Part shown: positions 1-9,518 of the stretch, one piece after another | Layout of the letters: every line of letters starts with the position of its first letter | Position numbering within the stretch: position 1 is the stretch's first letter | IMG/VR virus record: IMGVR_UViG_3300012930_000002 | Location: 7,818 to 71,817 of that record | Direction: 5' to 3' (one strand) | DNA: 64,000 bases | Source of the DNA: a virus | Notes under the pieces: generated by a model | Databases searched by the model: none | Told to the model about the DNA's origin: nothing | The model's input: the letters and a program-made list of their open reading frames with translations, nothing else | Made by a program: the position numbers and the translations under genes

Positions 1-615
1 TAGCTCAAGGAAGTTGGGTTTGTAGAGTTGTTCGATTGCCTGAGTGGTCATCTGTGCCACTTCAGGAAGCTGCATATCTGATTCGCATTTATATGCTTCA
101 GTCAGCGTACGCAATTCAAGCATATCGCCGAGAATCAGCGGCGCATCGAGCGTTGTGCTAGTATGCGCTTCATCGAACGCGCAGGGTGACTTGTGGTAGA
201 TCAGGTCGAGTTGTGAGCCAGCGGCTAGAGCGTTTGGCACAGGATATACGCCTAACTGATGATATTCACCGTGATCGAGATACCAATATTGTGGAGTGCC
301 CTGATCGTATTGAAACGATTCTGATAGCATCTCCAGTTCACTGGTACTGGACGGAATCAGCGCCACTCCATCCAGCGCTACACGGATCACATCAAGCAGG
401 TCAGATGGCAGCATGTAGTAAATGACACCTTGAATCAGATTGATAAACGAGTCGTTGTGTGCAACAAATAGACCGCTAGTACGGGTCGCTTCACGTAGAC
501 CGTCGTTGAACTCGCGGGTAAGGAAGGAATCGTCCCATGCCACTAAATTTGCTCGCGTGTCACTGTGGAGCATAGGCAGAAGCGCGGTGATTCTCGTTAC
601 GACCGAATCGCTCAT
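1..615 (-). CDS. Partial head-tail adaptor-like virion protein (DUF6682-like); runs off the left edge and is absent from the ORF track
   Basis: ATG at 615 overlaps the stop of 612..1094 (ATGA). Frame is open to position 1: MSDSVVTRITALLP...YYMLPSDLLDVIRVALDG...QGTPQYWY...LGVYPVPN, the same GxPxxY...IxxYPxP pattern as in 1091..3073 and 4635..5564. Confidence 0.7.
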   Translation of the reverse strand, partial: MSDSVVTRITALLPMLHSDTRANLVAWDDSFLTREFNDGLREATRTSGLFVAHNDSFINLIQGVIYYMLPSDLLDVIRVALDGVALIPSSTSELEMLSESFQYDQGTPQYWYLDHGEYHQLGVYPVPNALAAGSQLDLIYHKSPCAFDEAHTSTTLDAPLILGDMLELRTLTEAYKCESDMQLPEVAQMTTQAIEQLYKPNFLEL

Positions 616-1094
616 GCGTTATACGCTTCCTCAATCTCAGCCGCTCGCACATCCCCAATGCCGTCAATCTCGGTTAGCGTTCCTGCCTCGATACGTTTGC
701 GGAGCCTAGCATAGGTGTTCACGCCGCCTGCCGTGAGAAAGCTCAGATAAGGGAAGTCGTCAGGCAAACTACCCCGCTTTACTTGATTGGTCGCTTCGTC
801 TTCGGTGGCTTCCCCGGCAGTGTCCTCAGTGGATTCTTCGACCTCGGATTTCTCGGTAGGCGATTTCTCAACGGCAGTCTCCTCTGCTGGTATCTTAGCC
901 GCCTCATCTTCCGCATACTTTGCCAGAAACGCCTCAATCTGTTCCTCTGTCGTTGCTTTCTCCGTAGGCCCACCCGTGAACACTATCGTAGGGCGCATTG
1001 TTGGCTGTGCTGGTGGGGCAGTGATGTCAAATGAACCATCGCTGGCAATCTGAATGCTGAGCCCCGTTTTCTCATCGGCGTAATTATTACTCAT
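612..1094 (-). CDS. Acidic protein with C-terminal helix-hairpin-helix (alpha-CTD-like) domain
   Basis: E/T/A-rich linker followed by LTEIDGIGDVRAAEIEEA (HhH GIG motif). Confidence 0.6.
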   Translation of the reverse strand: MSNNYADEKTGLSIQIASDGSFDITAPPAQPTMRPTIVFTGGPTEKATTEEQIEAFLAKYAEDEAAKIPAEETAVEKSPTEKSEVEESTEDTAGEATEDEATNQVKRGSLPDDFPYLSFLTAGGVNTYARLRKRIEAGTLTEIDGIGDVRAAEIEEAYNA

Positions 1095-3073
1095 GCTGCT
1101 TTCTCCTTTTTCTGCGGTCTGAACATAAAGCGGGATAGGTCGAAGTGCGTTAGTTCGACTGGCGCACTATCATAAAGCTGAGCCTGACTCCGCGCCTGCA
1201 CGTACTCGCGATACTTCTTAGCGCCTTGCACGAATCTACCAAACCCTTCAAGTGTTGCCTGACTTTCAGCGCCACCTTCCTTCAGTCGCAACCACCAGAT
1301 CGCTCCATCTACTAACAGCGGTAACTGATCACTCGGCACATCAAAAGCACTTTGCAAACTTGTAATCGACAACGGTTCTGCAGCGTAGGTAAAATGCAGC
1401 GACGTACCTATTGCCGGCTGCGGATAGATTGCCATAAAATCGACGCCCATCGTGCAGTAGTAACGCGCCGTGCCAGGTGTTGACTGCCAGCCCTCGTCCA
1501 GCTTATCAAGATCGTCCAGCGTCATCGGTAGGAGCCGCGCGCCGTTTGATTGTAAGCTGACCCGCAGCGGTGCCCAGAAGTCAGATAGCTCAGAGCGAAT
1601 AGAGTAGAACGTTTGACCTCCGATGAGACTGAAGCTAGCACGATGCTCGACGCACATGGTCAGCCACGCGAACAGTCGTTGAATAATGTCGAGAGCGTGT
1701 AGCACCTCCGGTTCTGTGTAATACGTGCCGTTGTCGTCAAGCCGTTCATAGATACGAGCAACTAAATCCGCAACGTCCAGTTCGCATGTTCCAGCATCAC
1801 CCGTGCTCTTTGCCCGGCGAAGAATACCGAAGAAGCTGAGCACGCCAGAAAGCGCCTGCGTTATCCGTTTGGTCAATCCTCCAGAAGTGTTTAACGTTCC
1901 ACCTCGGGCAATACCGGCACGCTTTGTAAGTATTCCCGATGTTACCAGCGTTCCAGCCGGTGAAATTGCCCGAGCGTTTGTCAGCGTTCCCGTTTCTACC
2001 AACGTCCCCGCAAAATGACTACTTACCGCTTTCTTGACTGCTCCTGCTAGGTTTAAGACTCCAGCAAGGGACAGTCCCATATTGTGATCCGTGGTCAGGT
2101 CGCCGGATAAGCTGAGCTGGCCCGATGCGGCTTTTGTAATTACCGTTCTGAGCGCGCCACTTGTTGCTAGGGTTCCACCGGTATTGAGTATCGTGACTTT
2201 AAGATTAGCTAAGGCTCCAGTACTTGCCAGTGTACCCGCAAAGGGTGTCCCTCGCGTGACTGCTTTAGTTGGAGCGCCGGACATGGACAAGCTGCCCGCC
2301 ATGCTCCGGGTGACGCTCATCTGTACGGTGCCTGCGGTGGCTAATGTGCCGCTAAAACTTGCAAACTGCGTTGTCGAGTGTATCGAGACAGCGGCTTGAG
2401 CACCCGGTTCAATTAGCGCAGGACCGGGAGTAGCAACAGCACCATTAACCGTTGCTGTATTGCCGTAGAATAACTCGACTTCAGGACTGGCTCGACCGAT
2501 TAGGGGCCAGTAATAAGGCTTGGAAGTTGGACGAATAAGAATCGGCGAAACGCCCTTAGCAAGCGCGGCGGCTTCAGCAGCATCCAGCAACACGCCGGGC
2601 CAGATTGCAACGTTAGCAAGCCGTCCAGCACCAAACAGACTCGCATTATTGCGAGACATGAAATTAAGCGTACTGTTTGCAAAGTTGTTTGTGTTATTCG
2701 CGTTCGCGACCATCGTGACCGTAACGCTTGAACCATCCAGATAAACGGGACCGATCTCATTCGTGCTCGCGGATTTGTCAAAGATGATGACGTAATGATG
2801 CCACGCGGCGGCGCTTGGACGATCTATCCGGCCTGTAACCTGACCAACATTACCGAGATGCGCAATGCTGATTTTTGAACTGGATGAATTAGGGTCAACT
2901 ACCCAGCCCGTTGTGCCAGTGTCCGCATTAGCCGTGTGCTCCAGCGCGAGGTCATCGTTTGTGCCGAAGGAATCCCAGTAGAGCTCAAAGGCGAGCGTAA
3001 ATTTATTGACCCCGGATAGGTCAACCGAGGCAGCTTGTAAGCTGTCGTTCACGCCATCGAATAATCTCGCCAT
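1091..3073 (-). CDS. Virion protein: LamG/ConA-like N-terminal domain, central repeats, C-terminal adaptor-like domain
   Basis: N-terminus has LFDGVND...WHHYVIIFD...VYLDG...GRLANVAIW (LamG-like). Middle has roughly 22-aa GTLxxSGxL repeats. C-terminus has TPGTARYY...AIYPQP. Confidence 0.7.
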   Translation of the reverse strand: MARLFDGVNDSLQAASVDLSGVNKFTLAFELYWDSFGTNDDLALEHTANADTGTTGWVVDPNSSSSKISIAHLGNVGQVTGRIDRPSAAAWHHYVIIFDKSASTNEIGPVYLDGSSVTVTMVANANNTNNFANSTLNFMSRNNASLFGAGRLANVAIWPGVLLDAAEAAALAKGVSPILIRPTSKPYYWPLIGRASPEVELFYGNTATVNGAVATPGPALIEPGAQAAVSIHSTTQFASFSGTLATAGTVQMSVTRSMAGSLSMSGAPTKAVTRGTPFAGTLASTGALANLKVTILNTGGTLATSGALRTVITKAASGQLSLSGDLTTDHNMGLSLAGVLNLAGAVKKAVSSHFAGTLVETGTLTNARAISPAGTLVTSGILTKRAGIARGGTLNTSGGLTKRITQALSGVLSFFGILRRAKSTGDAGTCELDVADLVARIYERLDDNGTYYTEPEVLHALDIIQRLFAWLTMCVEHRASFSLIGGQTFYSIRSELSDFWAPLRVSLQSNGARLLPMTLDDLDKLDEGWQSTPGTARYYCTMGVDFMAIYPQPAIGTSLHFTYAAEPLSITSLQSAFDVPSDQLPLLVDGAIWWLRLKEGGAESQATLEGFGRFVQGAKKYREYVQARSQAQLYDSAPVELTHFDLSRFMFRPQKKEKAA

Positions 3074-3083
3074 GAAGGATTAT

Positions 3084-3584
3084 TTATGACTCTTTCAGCT
3101 CACACCGAAGTAGCTCACAGTCCGTCGTGATGTCATCCGTCCCGCTTGTCCCATCCGCATCACGGCGAATCTTCAACCTGAACGCTTCGCCTACGGCTAC
3201 CGAATCCATCTGCGCTCCATTGGTGAACGTAACCGCGACTACGATAAGTTGGCCCGAGGTGCCGGGCGCGGTACCGCCTGCCGATTGAAATGAAGCAAAC
3301 GAGTCCGCGTCAATGTCAAGCGAGGATGCATCCATTCGCTCAAACGCAGCCTGGATGCGAACTGAGCCCGAGGTCGCTGACGTAAAGGCCACATAGCAAT
3401 TGACCGTGAGTCCGCCGCTGGCATAGTTGCGTGGCAAGACGCTGGGAAAGATCGCTTCCTCGTCTGTCGCACCATCGAAGTCAAGCACGAGATGACCATT
3501 CCGCGTGTCAAGCGTTGCATAGGCGCTCGACGGCGGCTGATTCATGTGTGGGGTGAATACTAGGAGCGTATCGCCTGATGCCAT
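3084..3584 (-). CDS. Putative virion structural protein (beta-sandwich)
   Basis: 166 aa, beta-strand pattern, lies in the structural operon. Confidence 0.5.
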   Translation of the reverse strand: MASGDTLLVFTPHMNQPPSSAYATLDTRNGHLVLDFDGATDEEAIFPSVLPRNYASGGLTVNCYVAFTSATSGSVRIQAAFERMDASSLDIDADSFASFQSAGGTAPGTSGQLIVVAVTFTNGAQMDSVAVGEAFRLKIRRDADGTSGTDDITTDCELLRCELKES

Positions 3585-4285
3585 TATGCTTCTGCGCTCG
3601 CAGTGAGATCGTAGGTCGAAGCCAAGCTATCTCCACTAAATAGAGTAATTGCAGAGTATAAGGTTCGGTCCCACAATGTACCGCCTGAAGCTGCACTTAG
3701 GATGCCATGCTCTCTGAGTGCCGCTCCGGGCGTGCCATCAAGGGTGTTGGTACCAAGCGTGCGGAAGATATTTGAACTGGCCCCCTCGGTCAGTGAACCA
3801 GTCGCGCGGGTGCTGTCAGGGTTGTACTCAGTGGTCAGCTCAGTGCCAAGTGCGGTATCAGCGTTAGATTCCGCGCCCGTACCCGTGCCAAGCCCGTGAT
3901 ACTTCATATTCTCCATTTCAACCGAGTTCTGCCATGCGTCTACAAGATAGTTGACACCTGCGGTCGTTACCTTTTTCCAGCCGACTGAGCCGTAATCCTC
4001 GACAGCACGGCGGTCGTTGAAATTCAACAGCGACTCGCGCCCACGATAGACGATGATATTAAGATTACTTTCAAGAACAACGGCAGCAGAAAGCCGATCA
4101 ATCAGCTCAATCGCCGCGTCCCGCGCTCCAGGCATATTTCGTGGCAGGTAACGTAATACATCACGGATAGCCTGTGCAATGTGATCTTTCCGCTTTCGCA
4201 GAGAAGTGTCCAGTGCGGGCGGCAGCCACGCATCATGCACGTTGAGCGTGAGATTTGACTTAACCTGCTGCGGTGCTGTAGCCAT
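3584..4285 (-). CDS. Putative tail/fibre-associated structural protein
   Basis: GLGTGTGAESNADTALGTE and REHGILSAASGGTLWDR are patterns typical of phage tail proteins. Confidence 0.55.
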   Translation of the reverse strand: MATAPQQVKSNLTLNVHDAWLPPALDTSLRKRKDHIAQAIRDVLRYLPRNMPGARDAAIELIDRLSAAVVLESNLNIIVYRGRESLLNFNDRRAVEDYGSVGWKKVTTAGVNYLVDAWQNSVEMENMKYHGLGTGTGAESNADTALGTELTTEYNPDSTRATGSLTEGASSNIFRTLGTNTLDGTPGAALREHGILSAASGGTLWDRTLYSAITLFSGDSLASTYDLTASAEA

Positions 4286-4626
4286 TATGCATCCTCCTTC
4301 ATCTCGCCATGCGTTACTGCGTAGTGCCGGGCAGCATAGGCACTCTGAAGCGTAAGAAACTTGATCTGCTCGCTGTAGGCATTGATAACTTGACCTATCG
4401 CAGCCTTGAGAGGAGCGAGGCCGGGATCGTCAAGATCAACATGTTCGGTTAAAGAGCGATTACCGTAGCTCGCAGTCCCGAATAGACGAACGGTGAACGC
4501 GCCCTCGTCGTCCGCCTCAACTCGCACCCAGCAGCCACCGTAAGCCACACCGACCTTCGCTGCCGGTGGCGGATTCAGTATAAGATTCACTCCACCCTCA
4601 AAAATCGCTTCGCCCTTACTATCCAT
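4285..4626 (-). CDS. Hypothetical protein (start probably at 4626, MDSKGE)
   Basis: AGGAG Shine-Dalgarno upstream of ATG 4626, which removes the overlap with 4635..5564. Confidence 0.5.
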   Translation of the reverse strand: MDSKGEAIFEGGVNLILNPPPAAKVGVAYGGCWVRVEADDEGAFTVRLFGTASYGNRSLTEHVDLDDPGLAPLKAAIGQVINAYSEQIKFLTLQSAYAARHYAVTHGEMKEDA

Positions 4627-4634
4627 ATCGTCTC

Positions 4635-5564
4635 CTAATTGCTGTTTCTCAGTTGTATCCAGTGTCGGTTGAACGTGTCGTGGTTCAACGCCCGTGCTGT
4701 TCGATGCCACGTGAATCGCTCGTCCATAATCATCGCGGTTGGGCCTTGCCGGTCGCTATCGCTGGACATGGCGTCACGTAGCAACACTTGAAACTTCGCC
4801 TCTTTCATCTGGTAGCCGTTTAGGTCGCCCTTGATCGCGTACAATTCCGCCTCGCACCCTGCGACAATGCACTCGATTGGCACCCACGGCAGGAAGGTGT
4901 TGGACGTAGAGGTCATCGGGTCCACCGTCTCGTGATAGTGGATGATCAGACCTTCGGCAATGGACGGTACTGGATAGAACTCGACAGCGGCATAGACGAT
5001 ATTGCTGACCGTCACATCTGGCGCAGGTGCGTACAGCGATGGATGCCCAAGCGCCCAACGGTCAGTAGCGAGTTTATCAAGGTACTCAGCGGTGACCTGA
5101 TCCAAGTCCTGATTCGTGCTCGGTACTTCGATTGAGTCGATGAAGTCAACGTCAACGGGAACAGCATAGATGGACTGGAAAATAACATACGTTCCAGTTG
5201 TTTGCGTATTACCTTCGTAAGCTCTGTCTATAGTCGCGCTCTCAGGGGAAACGTAAGTGAACACATAGGTTTCATTCTGTCCCGCTATGCGGATTCGCCG
5301 ACCGGTCATCGCGGCCGTCCACACGGTATCTACACCCGTAAGTACAGTACTCGGGCCTTCTTCGCTGTCAGCAATCGCTACGAAGCCAGTTTGATAAACG
5401 GCAGTCGTCTCAATCACGCCCGACTTGACCAGCCGTGACCACTGATAGGAGCCGAGAAAGCGCTGATAGACATCGTTGACCACGCCGAGCAACACGGTCT
5501 TATCCACACCCGCGCTCTGCGGGAGCTTGCTAAGCCTGATTTGTACTTGTCCCAGTGTCGTCAT
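4635..5564 (-). CDS. Head-tail adaptor / tail tubular-like protein
   Basis: MTTLGQVQIRL...VVNDVYQRF...YQWSRL and GHPSLYA...VEFYPVPS adaptor-like pattern; located downstream of the capsid gene. Confidence 0.6.
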   Translation of the reverse strand: MTTLGQVQIRLSKLPQSAGVDKTVLLGVVNDVYQRFLGSYQWSRLVKSGVIETTAVYQTGFVAIADSEEGPSTVLTGVDTVWTAAMTGRRIRIAGQNETYVFTYVSPESATIDRAYEGNTQTTGTYVIFQSIYAVPVDVDFIDSIEVPSTNQDLDQVTAEYLDKLATDRWALGHPSLYAPAPDVTVSNIVYAAVEFYPVPSIAEGLIIHYHETVDPMTSTSNTFLPWVPIECIVAGCEAELYAIKGDLNGYQMKEAKFQVLLRDAMSSDSDRQGPTAMIMDERFTWHRTARALNHDTFNRHWIQLRNSN

Positions 5565-6004
5565 TCTGACAACCTCTTAACGTGCTGGTTCCAGCGATGC
5601 CGCCAAGCACGGACGGTTCGCACAATATGCAGATTGCCAATCGTGATAAGATCGCCTCCCTGAATAGCTCCAAATCCCCAGACTATTGCTGTTAAGATCA
5701 TCCGCGTCCGAAGAATTTGACCCCAACGGGTAAGCGGCCAGAGCAAAGCAAGCAACCATGCTATCCATCCGTCAAGACATACCGTCATTGCTCGTGAATC
5801 ATACTCGTAATCAACCACACGCAATCGTAGATTGCCTATTACAAGAATGCCGCCAGCCCCAGCGGTCCTTATTCCGATGTCAGCTAAAGACCGATGAGAA
5901 AGATGAGCAAAACGTCCGCCTACCCAGGAATAGGTTCGTGACTCTAGCTGATTATCAAGTTCATTGCGCGTCACATGAACGATGATGTTACCGTCTGTCG
6001 TCAT
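5561..6004 (-). CDS. Hypothetical protein, possibly membrane-associated
   Basis: Translationally coupled ORF with a Trp-rich hydrophobic C-terminal half. Confidence 0.45.
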   Translation of the reverse strand: MTTDGNIIVHVTRNELDNQLESRTYSWVGGRFAHLSHRSLADIGIRTAGAGGILVIGNLRLRVVDYEYDSRAMTVCLDGWIAWLLALLWPLTRWGQILRTRMILTAIVWGFGAIQGGDLITIGNLHIVRTVRAWRHRWNQHVKRLSE

Positions 6005-6228
6005 TGCTTTCTAACGATCTCACCATCGGGTGTGATCTGGTCGCCTTCCCGTAGTTCGTATCGCGCGCCGAGTTGTCCAAGCGTGAAGTCCATCACCGTC
6101 TTGGCCGATTCCTGCTGCTTTTGCGCGGCCCGCAGAAAAGCCAAGTCCGATGTGCTCAGGCGCTCGGCGTACATTCGCTCAGCGGATACAAACGACGCCT
6201 CGAATGGCTCGGTTAGTTCTGCGCTCAT
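6001..6228 (-). CDS. Small fibre-chaperone-like coiled-coil protein (paralog of 58822..59115)
   Basis: LGARYELREGDQITPDGEIVR resembles LAPKYDLTAKDGIDIDGVISR. Confidence 0.5.
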   Translation of the reverse strand: MSAELTEPFEASFVSAERMYAERLSTSDLAFLRAAQKQQESAKTVMDFTLGQLGARYELREGDQITPDGEIVRKQ

Positions 6229-6235
6229 ATCTCTC

Positions 6236-7024
6236 CTATGATGCAGTAGTTACAGCAACCCATGCACTGGCACCATCCGAGTTAATAAATGCCCGCGTAG
6301 ACGCCGACGAACCGTTTGTAGCAAGTGCCAGTGAACCCTTCGCTGCGGTCAGCTGCGCGTTCGGAGTCGCGGAGACAAACCAGATGCCTAACAACGCAGT
6401 AGTCGAGGTAAGAAACGCCGCTGCCGCGCCCGACGGAGCCGCAACAGCTGTCGCGTTGTTCGTCGTCACCGCACCTGTCACCGACAGCGACACGCCCGTT
6501 GCCGCCCGGCCAAGGACGATATTGCCAGTGGCGGTTACGTTGAGTGAAAGCGTGCCCGAGCCCTGTGCGTCGATAGTCAGGTTACCGTTGGACGCCTCGC
6601 CGATAGCTGAGACAGCAACGCCATTGCCAGTTGCCGCTGACTTAATCTTAATGCCGGTGATTGAGGTTGCCGTGTTAGAATCGACCACCAGCGCGGGAGT
6701 AGTCGCACCCAGCCGTCCCACTGCAAACGCCGCAGCGTTCGTGGACGTGATGATCAGCTGAGCAGTCGCAGCGGTGCCAAGCAGCGAGACAACGCCGGCG
6801 TTCGTGATAGACAGGTTTGATGCGGAGTCGGCGTTATTGCGGATGAGGAAGCTGGTAGCGCCGGGAATCAGCTTAGCCGACGCAGCAGTGAAGATGATGT
6901 TACCGCTGATAGTTTGGTCGCCGGTAATAGACCCTGCGCCGCCAGGAAAGGTGACAGCATCGTTGACTATCAGCGTGCCTACTTCTACTTTAGTGAAACG
7001 GGAATATGCTCTGTCGTGAGCCAT
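6236..7024 (-). CDS. Gly/Ala/Thr-rich fibre-like virion protein (possible head fibre)
   Basis: Low-complexity beta-repeat composition; directly downstream of the major capsid gene. Confidence 0.55.
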   Translation of the reverse strand: MAHDRAYSRFTKVEVGTLIVNDAVTFPGGAGSITGDQTISGNIIFTAASAKLIPGATSFLIRNNADSASNLSITNAGVVSLLGTAATAQLIITSTNAAAFAVGRLGATTPALVVDSNTATSITGIKIKSAATGNGVAVSAIGEASNGNLTIDAQGSGTLSLNVTATGNIVLGRAATGVSLSVTGAVTTNNATAVAAPSGAAAAFLTSTTALLGIWFVSATPNAQLTAAKGSLALATNGSSASTRAFINSDGASAWVAVTTAS

Positions 7025-7119
7025 GATAACCTCCTAGACGATAAGTCGAATAGCCGAAGCCTGCCTACTGGCCGAGGTCCAGCCAGCGTCCGATCCTCAT
7101 CGCTGCTATCGTGATCGGT

Positions 7120-7161
7120 TCAAGATCGGGCCACAGGCTTGCGCTCAGTGACCCGATCTTG
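7120..7161 (-). terminator. Stem-loop after the major capsid gene (terminator or processing site)
   Basis: CAAGATCGGG...CCCGATCTTG 10-bp inverted repeat just past the capsid stop; no strong U-tract. Confidence 0.45.
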
Positions 7162-7187
7162 CTCTAAGCTGGTGTCGTGTGGGCCAG

Positions 7188-8117
7188 CTAAGCTCCTTGC
7201 GTACCGGCAATGCCTTCCCATCCGTCAAAGCCGACATCAAACGTCATCCAGCCGGCGGTTTTGATGGAGCGGGAGTCAAAGTCAACATCGTGCATAGTTG
7301 CGAATCGCTCTCGATGGATAACACGAAGGCGAAGGTCGGAAGGGTTGGCGATGACAAACCACGCGTCGGTGTCAGTGAGGTACTCATATACCTTAGGCGT
7401 AATAGTGCCTTGCTCGATACCGCCAGCCTTGAACGCATTGATCGTGTTGTTCGCCGTGTCGGAGCGCATCTGCGAAGACAGGATTTCAGTCATCGCAAAG
7501 GCCAGTTCAGGCGGGCCAACCAGAAACTTTGGCAAGAGTCGTTTCTTCAATCCGCGATGATTCACGAACTTGCGAAAGAGTGTGATCATGGATTCAAGTG
7601 ACGGAATGTCCAGGTCCGCATCGGTCGGCCTATTCGCCTGCGTGCCCCCGCCTACCAACGGGTGTGCTGTTGAGCATAGGATCACGCCGTCTGGTCCGAG
7701 ATACGACGAGTTGAACGCCCGGTTGTAGACGTTCGCAGACTGAACCTCGATGGTTTCCTGCGAGGATTGAGGCAGAGACGCTGTGACGGCCTTGATGATC
7801 CCGTACTTGTCATCGGCCACCATCCGGTGAGTAATACGCGTGCCAAGCGACCAATCAACTGGCGTGTAGGTCTTGTTGAACGCCTGGATTGGCGCATCGT
7901 AGCGAACGTTCTCACCTTCTGCCGTCTGATTCATCAGGCCGAGAGTAGCAATCTCGCCCTTTTGCACGATGCTGTTGGTCGTGTCTTCAACGTTGAAGAA
8001 CTGAGGATACTGTTCAGGCCGTGAAGCCTGCTCATCTGCAATTACCGCCTCAAGCGCCGGAAGCATAGTCGAGAGGTAGTAATCGGTGAACTGTAATCTA
8101 CTCGATGGTATCGCCAT
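7188..8117 (-). CDS. Major capsid protein (HK97 fold, Mu gpT-like family)
   Basis: 309 aa with EGENVRYD, ITHRMVADDKY, GPDGVILCSTAHP, PKFLVGPPEL, YLTDTDAWF; position after scaffold and decoration genes. Confidence 0.85.
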   Translation of the reverse strand: MAIPSSRLQFTDYYLSTMLPALEAVIADEQASRPEQYPQFFNVEDTTNSIVQKGEIATLGLMNQTAEGENVRYDAPIQAFNKTYTPVDWSLGTRITHRMVADDKYGIIKAVTASLPQSSQETIEVQSANVYNRAFNSSYLGPDGVILCSTAHPLVGGGTQANRPTDADLDIPSLESMITLFRKFVNHRGLKKRLLPKFLVGPPELAFAMTEILSSQMRSDTANNTINAFKAGGIEQGTITPKVYEYLTDTDAWFVIANPSDLRLRVIHRERFATMHDVDFDSRSIKTAGWMTFDVGFDGWEGIAGTQGA

Positions 8118-8126
8118 GATTACTCC

Positions 8127-8666
8127 TTATGCCAAGCCGACTACGCCAGTCGCTCTGCGGTGATTGTTGAAGGACACTTCCCAGCGCGAGAAGGCCCCGT
8201 AAGCGTTCGCGCCGTTGAAAGCATCTGCGTAATTGTAAAGGCGGCGAAGGTGAAGTTGCAGCGTGTTGGTCGTGCTGAACGTACTCTCGTCCATCTCGTT
8301 GAGGCTAATCTTCGTCGGGACACTGGCAACAGCAGCAGTGGTGAACTCAATGTCCACGTTGCCGCCGCGATCGGCCGCTGCAAATCCATCCGTATCATTG
8401 TTATCCTGCATCTCGCCGATGATGAACGGATCGACCACGACAAGGTGCGTACTCGCTACTCCTGTCGCGCCGTAGTTCAGGTTGACGCCGCTGACCGCTG
8501 CGCCCGCCGCGCCGATGGCGATGTTACCGTCTGTTTCCTGCACAATCACATCATTGACGTATAACACGCCGCCGCCCGAATCCTTATCCATCTGCTCCAC
8601 TTCAGGCCCAACCCCGAACATGTGGCCAATAATACGCATGCCATGTGCGTTGTCCACATTTGCCAT
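8127..8666 (-). CDS. Capsid decoration/cement-like protein
   Basis: MANVDNAHGMR...VVVDPFIIGEMQ...VSFNNH; conserved position immediately upstream of the capsid gene. Confidence 0.6.
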   Translation of the reverse strand: MANVDNAHGMRIIGHMFGVGPEVEQMDKDSGGGVLYVNDVIVQETDGNIAIGAAGAAVSGVNLNYGATGVASTHLVVVDPFIIGEMQDNNDTDGFAAADRGGNVDIEFTTAAVASVPTKISLNEMDESTFSTTNTLQLHLRRLYNYADAFNGANAYGAFSRWEVSFNNHRRATGVVGLA

Positions 8667-8806
8667 AGCTATTCTCCTGACACGACTTTAGGGATTAGTA
8701 ACTGAAGCTGGCAGCGGGTTACGCTGTCACAACCTGATGGGATCGAGGACGGGTTGCGTCCTACGATGAGAGCACGGTACCACAGATACAACCTTGAGCG
8801 CAAGTG

Positions 8807-9508
8807 CTATTTTGCATTACGTATCGCTTTGTACATATCCGAGTTGCGAATATCGCTACCGCTTGTGCCGGTACCGCCAGCACCGCCGAGTGTGCGAGCA
8901 GTATCAAACGCATCCAGCGCCGCCGTGCCAAGTCCCATTGCCTTACCTGCATCGGCAAGCTGCTCGCGTATCGGCTCCTGACGTTGTGCCGCCTGACCAT
9001 CAGTCTTAGCGTCTACTCGCCGTACTCGCTCCTCGTGAATATGCATAGGGATGGAGCTGAGAGTCATCCCGCTGACCACCACAGGCTTACCGCTTGCCTT
9101 GTCAATTACCGGCACGTAGCCGCGCTTGCCTCTGCGTTTGGTCATCACATCGCCGATGTAACGGAAGTGACGGTCAGGATTGGCAAGCTTGTAGGGCGCG
9201 GCAGCTTCCTCGAAGGGCTCGCCTTGCTCAATCTGCCCGTCCCATTCGTCGGTGATGACGTAGGCGCTTGCTTCTTCGTCAGTAAGAGTGCGGGCAAGAT
9301 CGGGAACGGCGAAAGCAGCAGTAACGTCAGGTGGCGATGGTGGTTCAGGCACGGCCTCCATGATCAGCTTTGACCTGTCCACCTTAACCGAGTTACCGTC
9401 AGCCATCTTGACCCGCACATCGCCGAAGCGACCATCTGCAATTACGCCCTCTTCGATATTTGGCCCAAGCTGAACCTTGACTGTTGTACCTACTGGAATA
9501 ATGTCCAT
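8807..9508 (-). CDS. Hypothetical head-module protein
   Basis: 233 aa between scaffold and decoration genes, with an AGGAG Shine-Dalgarno. Confidence 0.55.
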   Translation of the reverse strand: MDIIPVGTTVKVQLGPNIEEGVIADGRFGDVRVKMADGNSVKVDRSKLIMEAVPEPPSPPDVTAAFAVPDLARTLTDEEASAYVITDEWDGQIEQGEPFEEAAAPYKLANPDRHFRYIGDVMTKRRGKRGYVPVIDKASGKPVVVSGMTLSSIPMHIHEERVRRVDAKTDGQAAQRQEPIREQLADAGKAMGLGTAALDAFDTARTLGGAGGTGTSGSDIRNSDMYKAIRNAK

Positions 9509-9518
9509 TGCGATTCTC

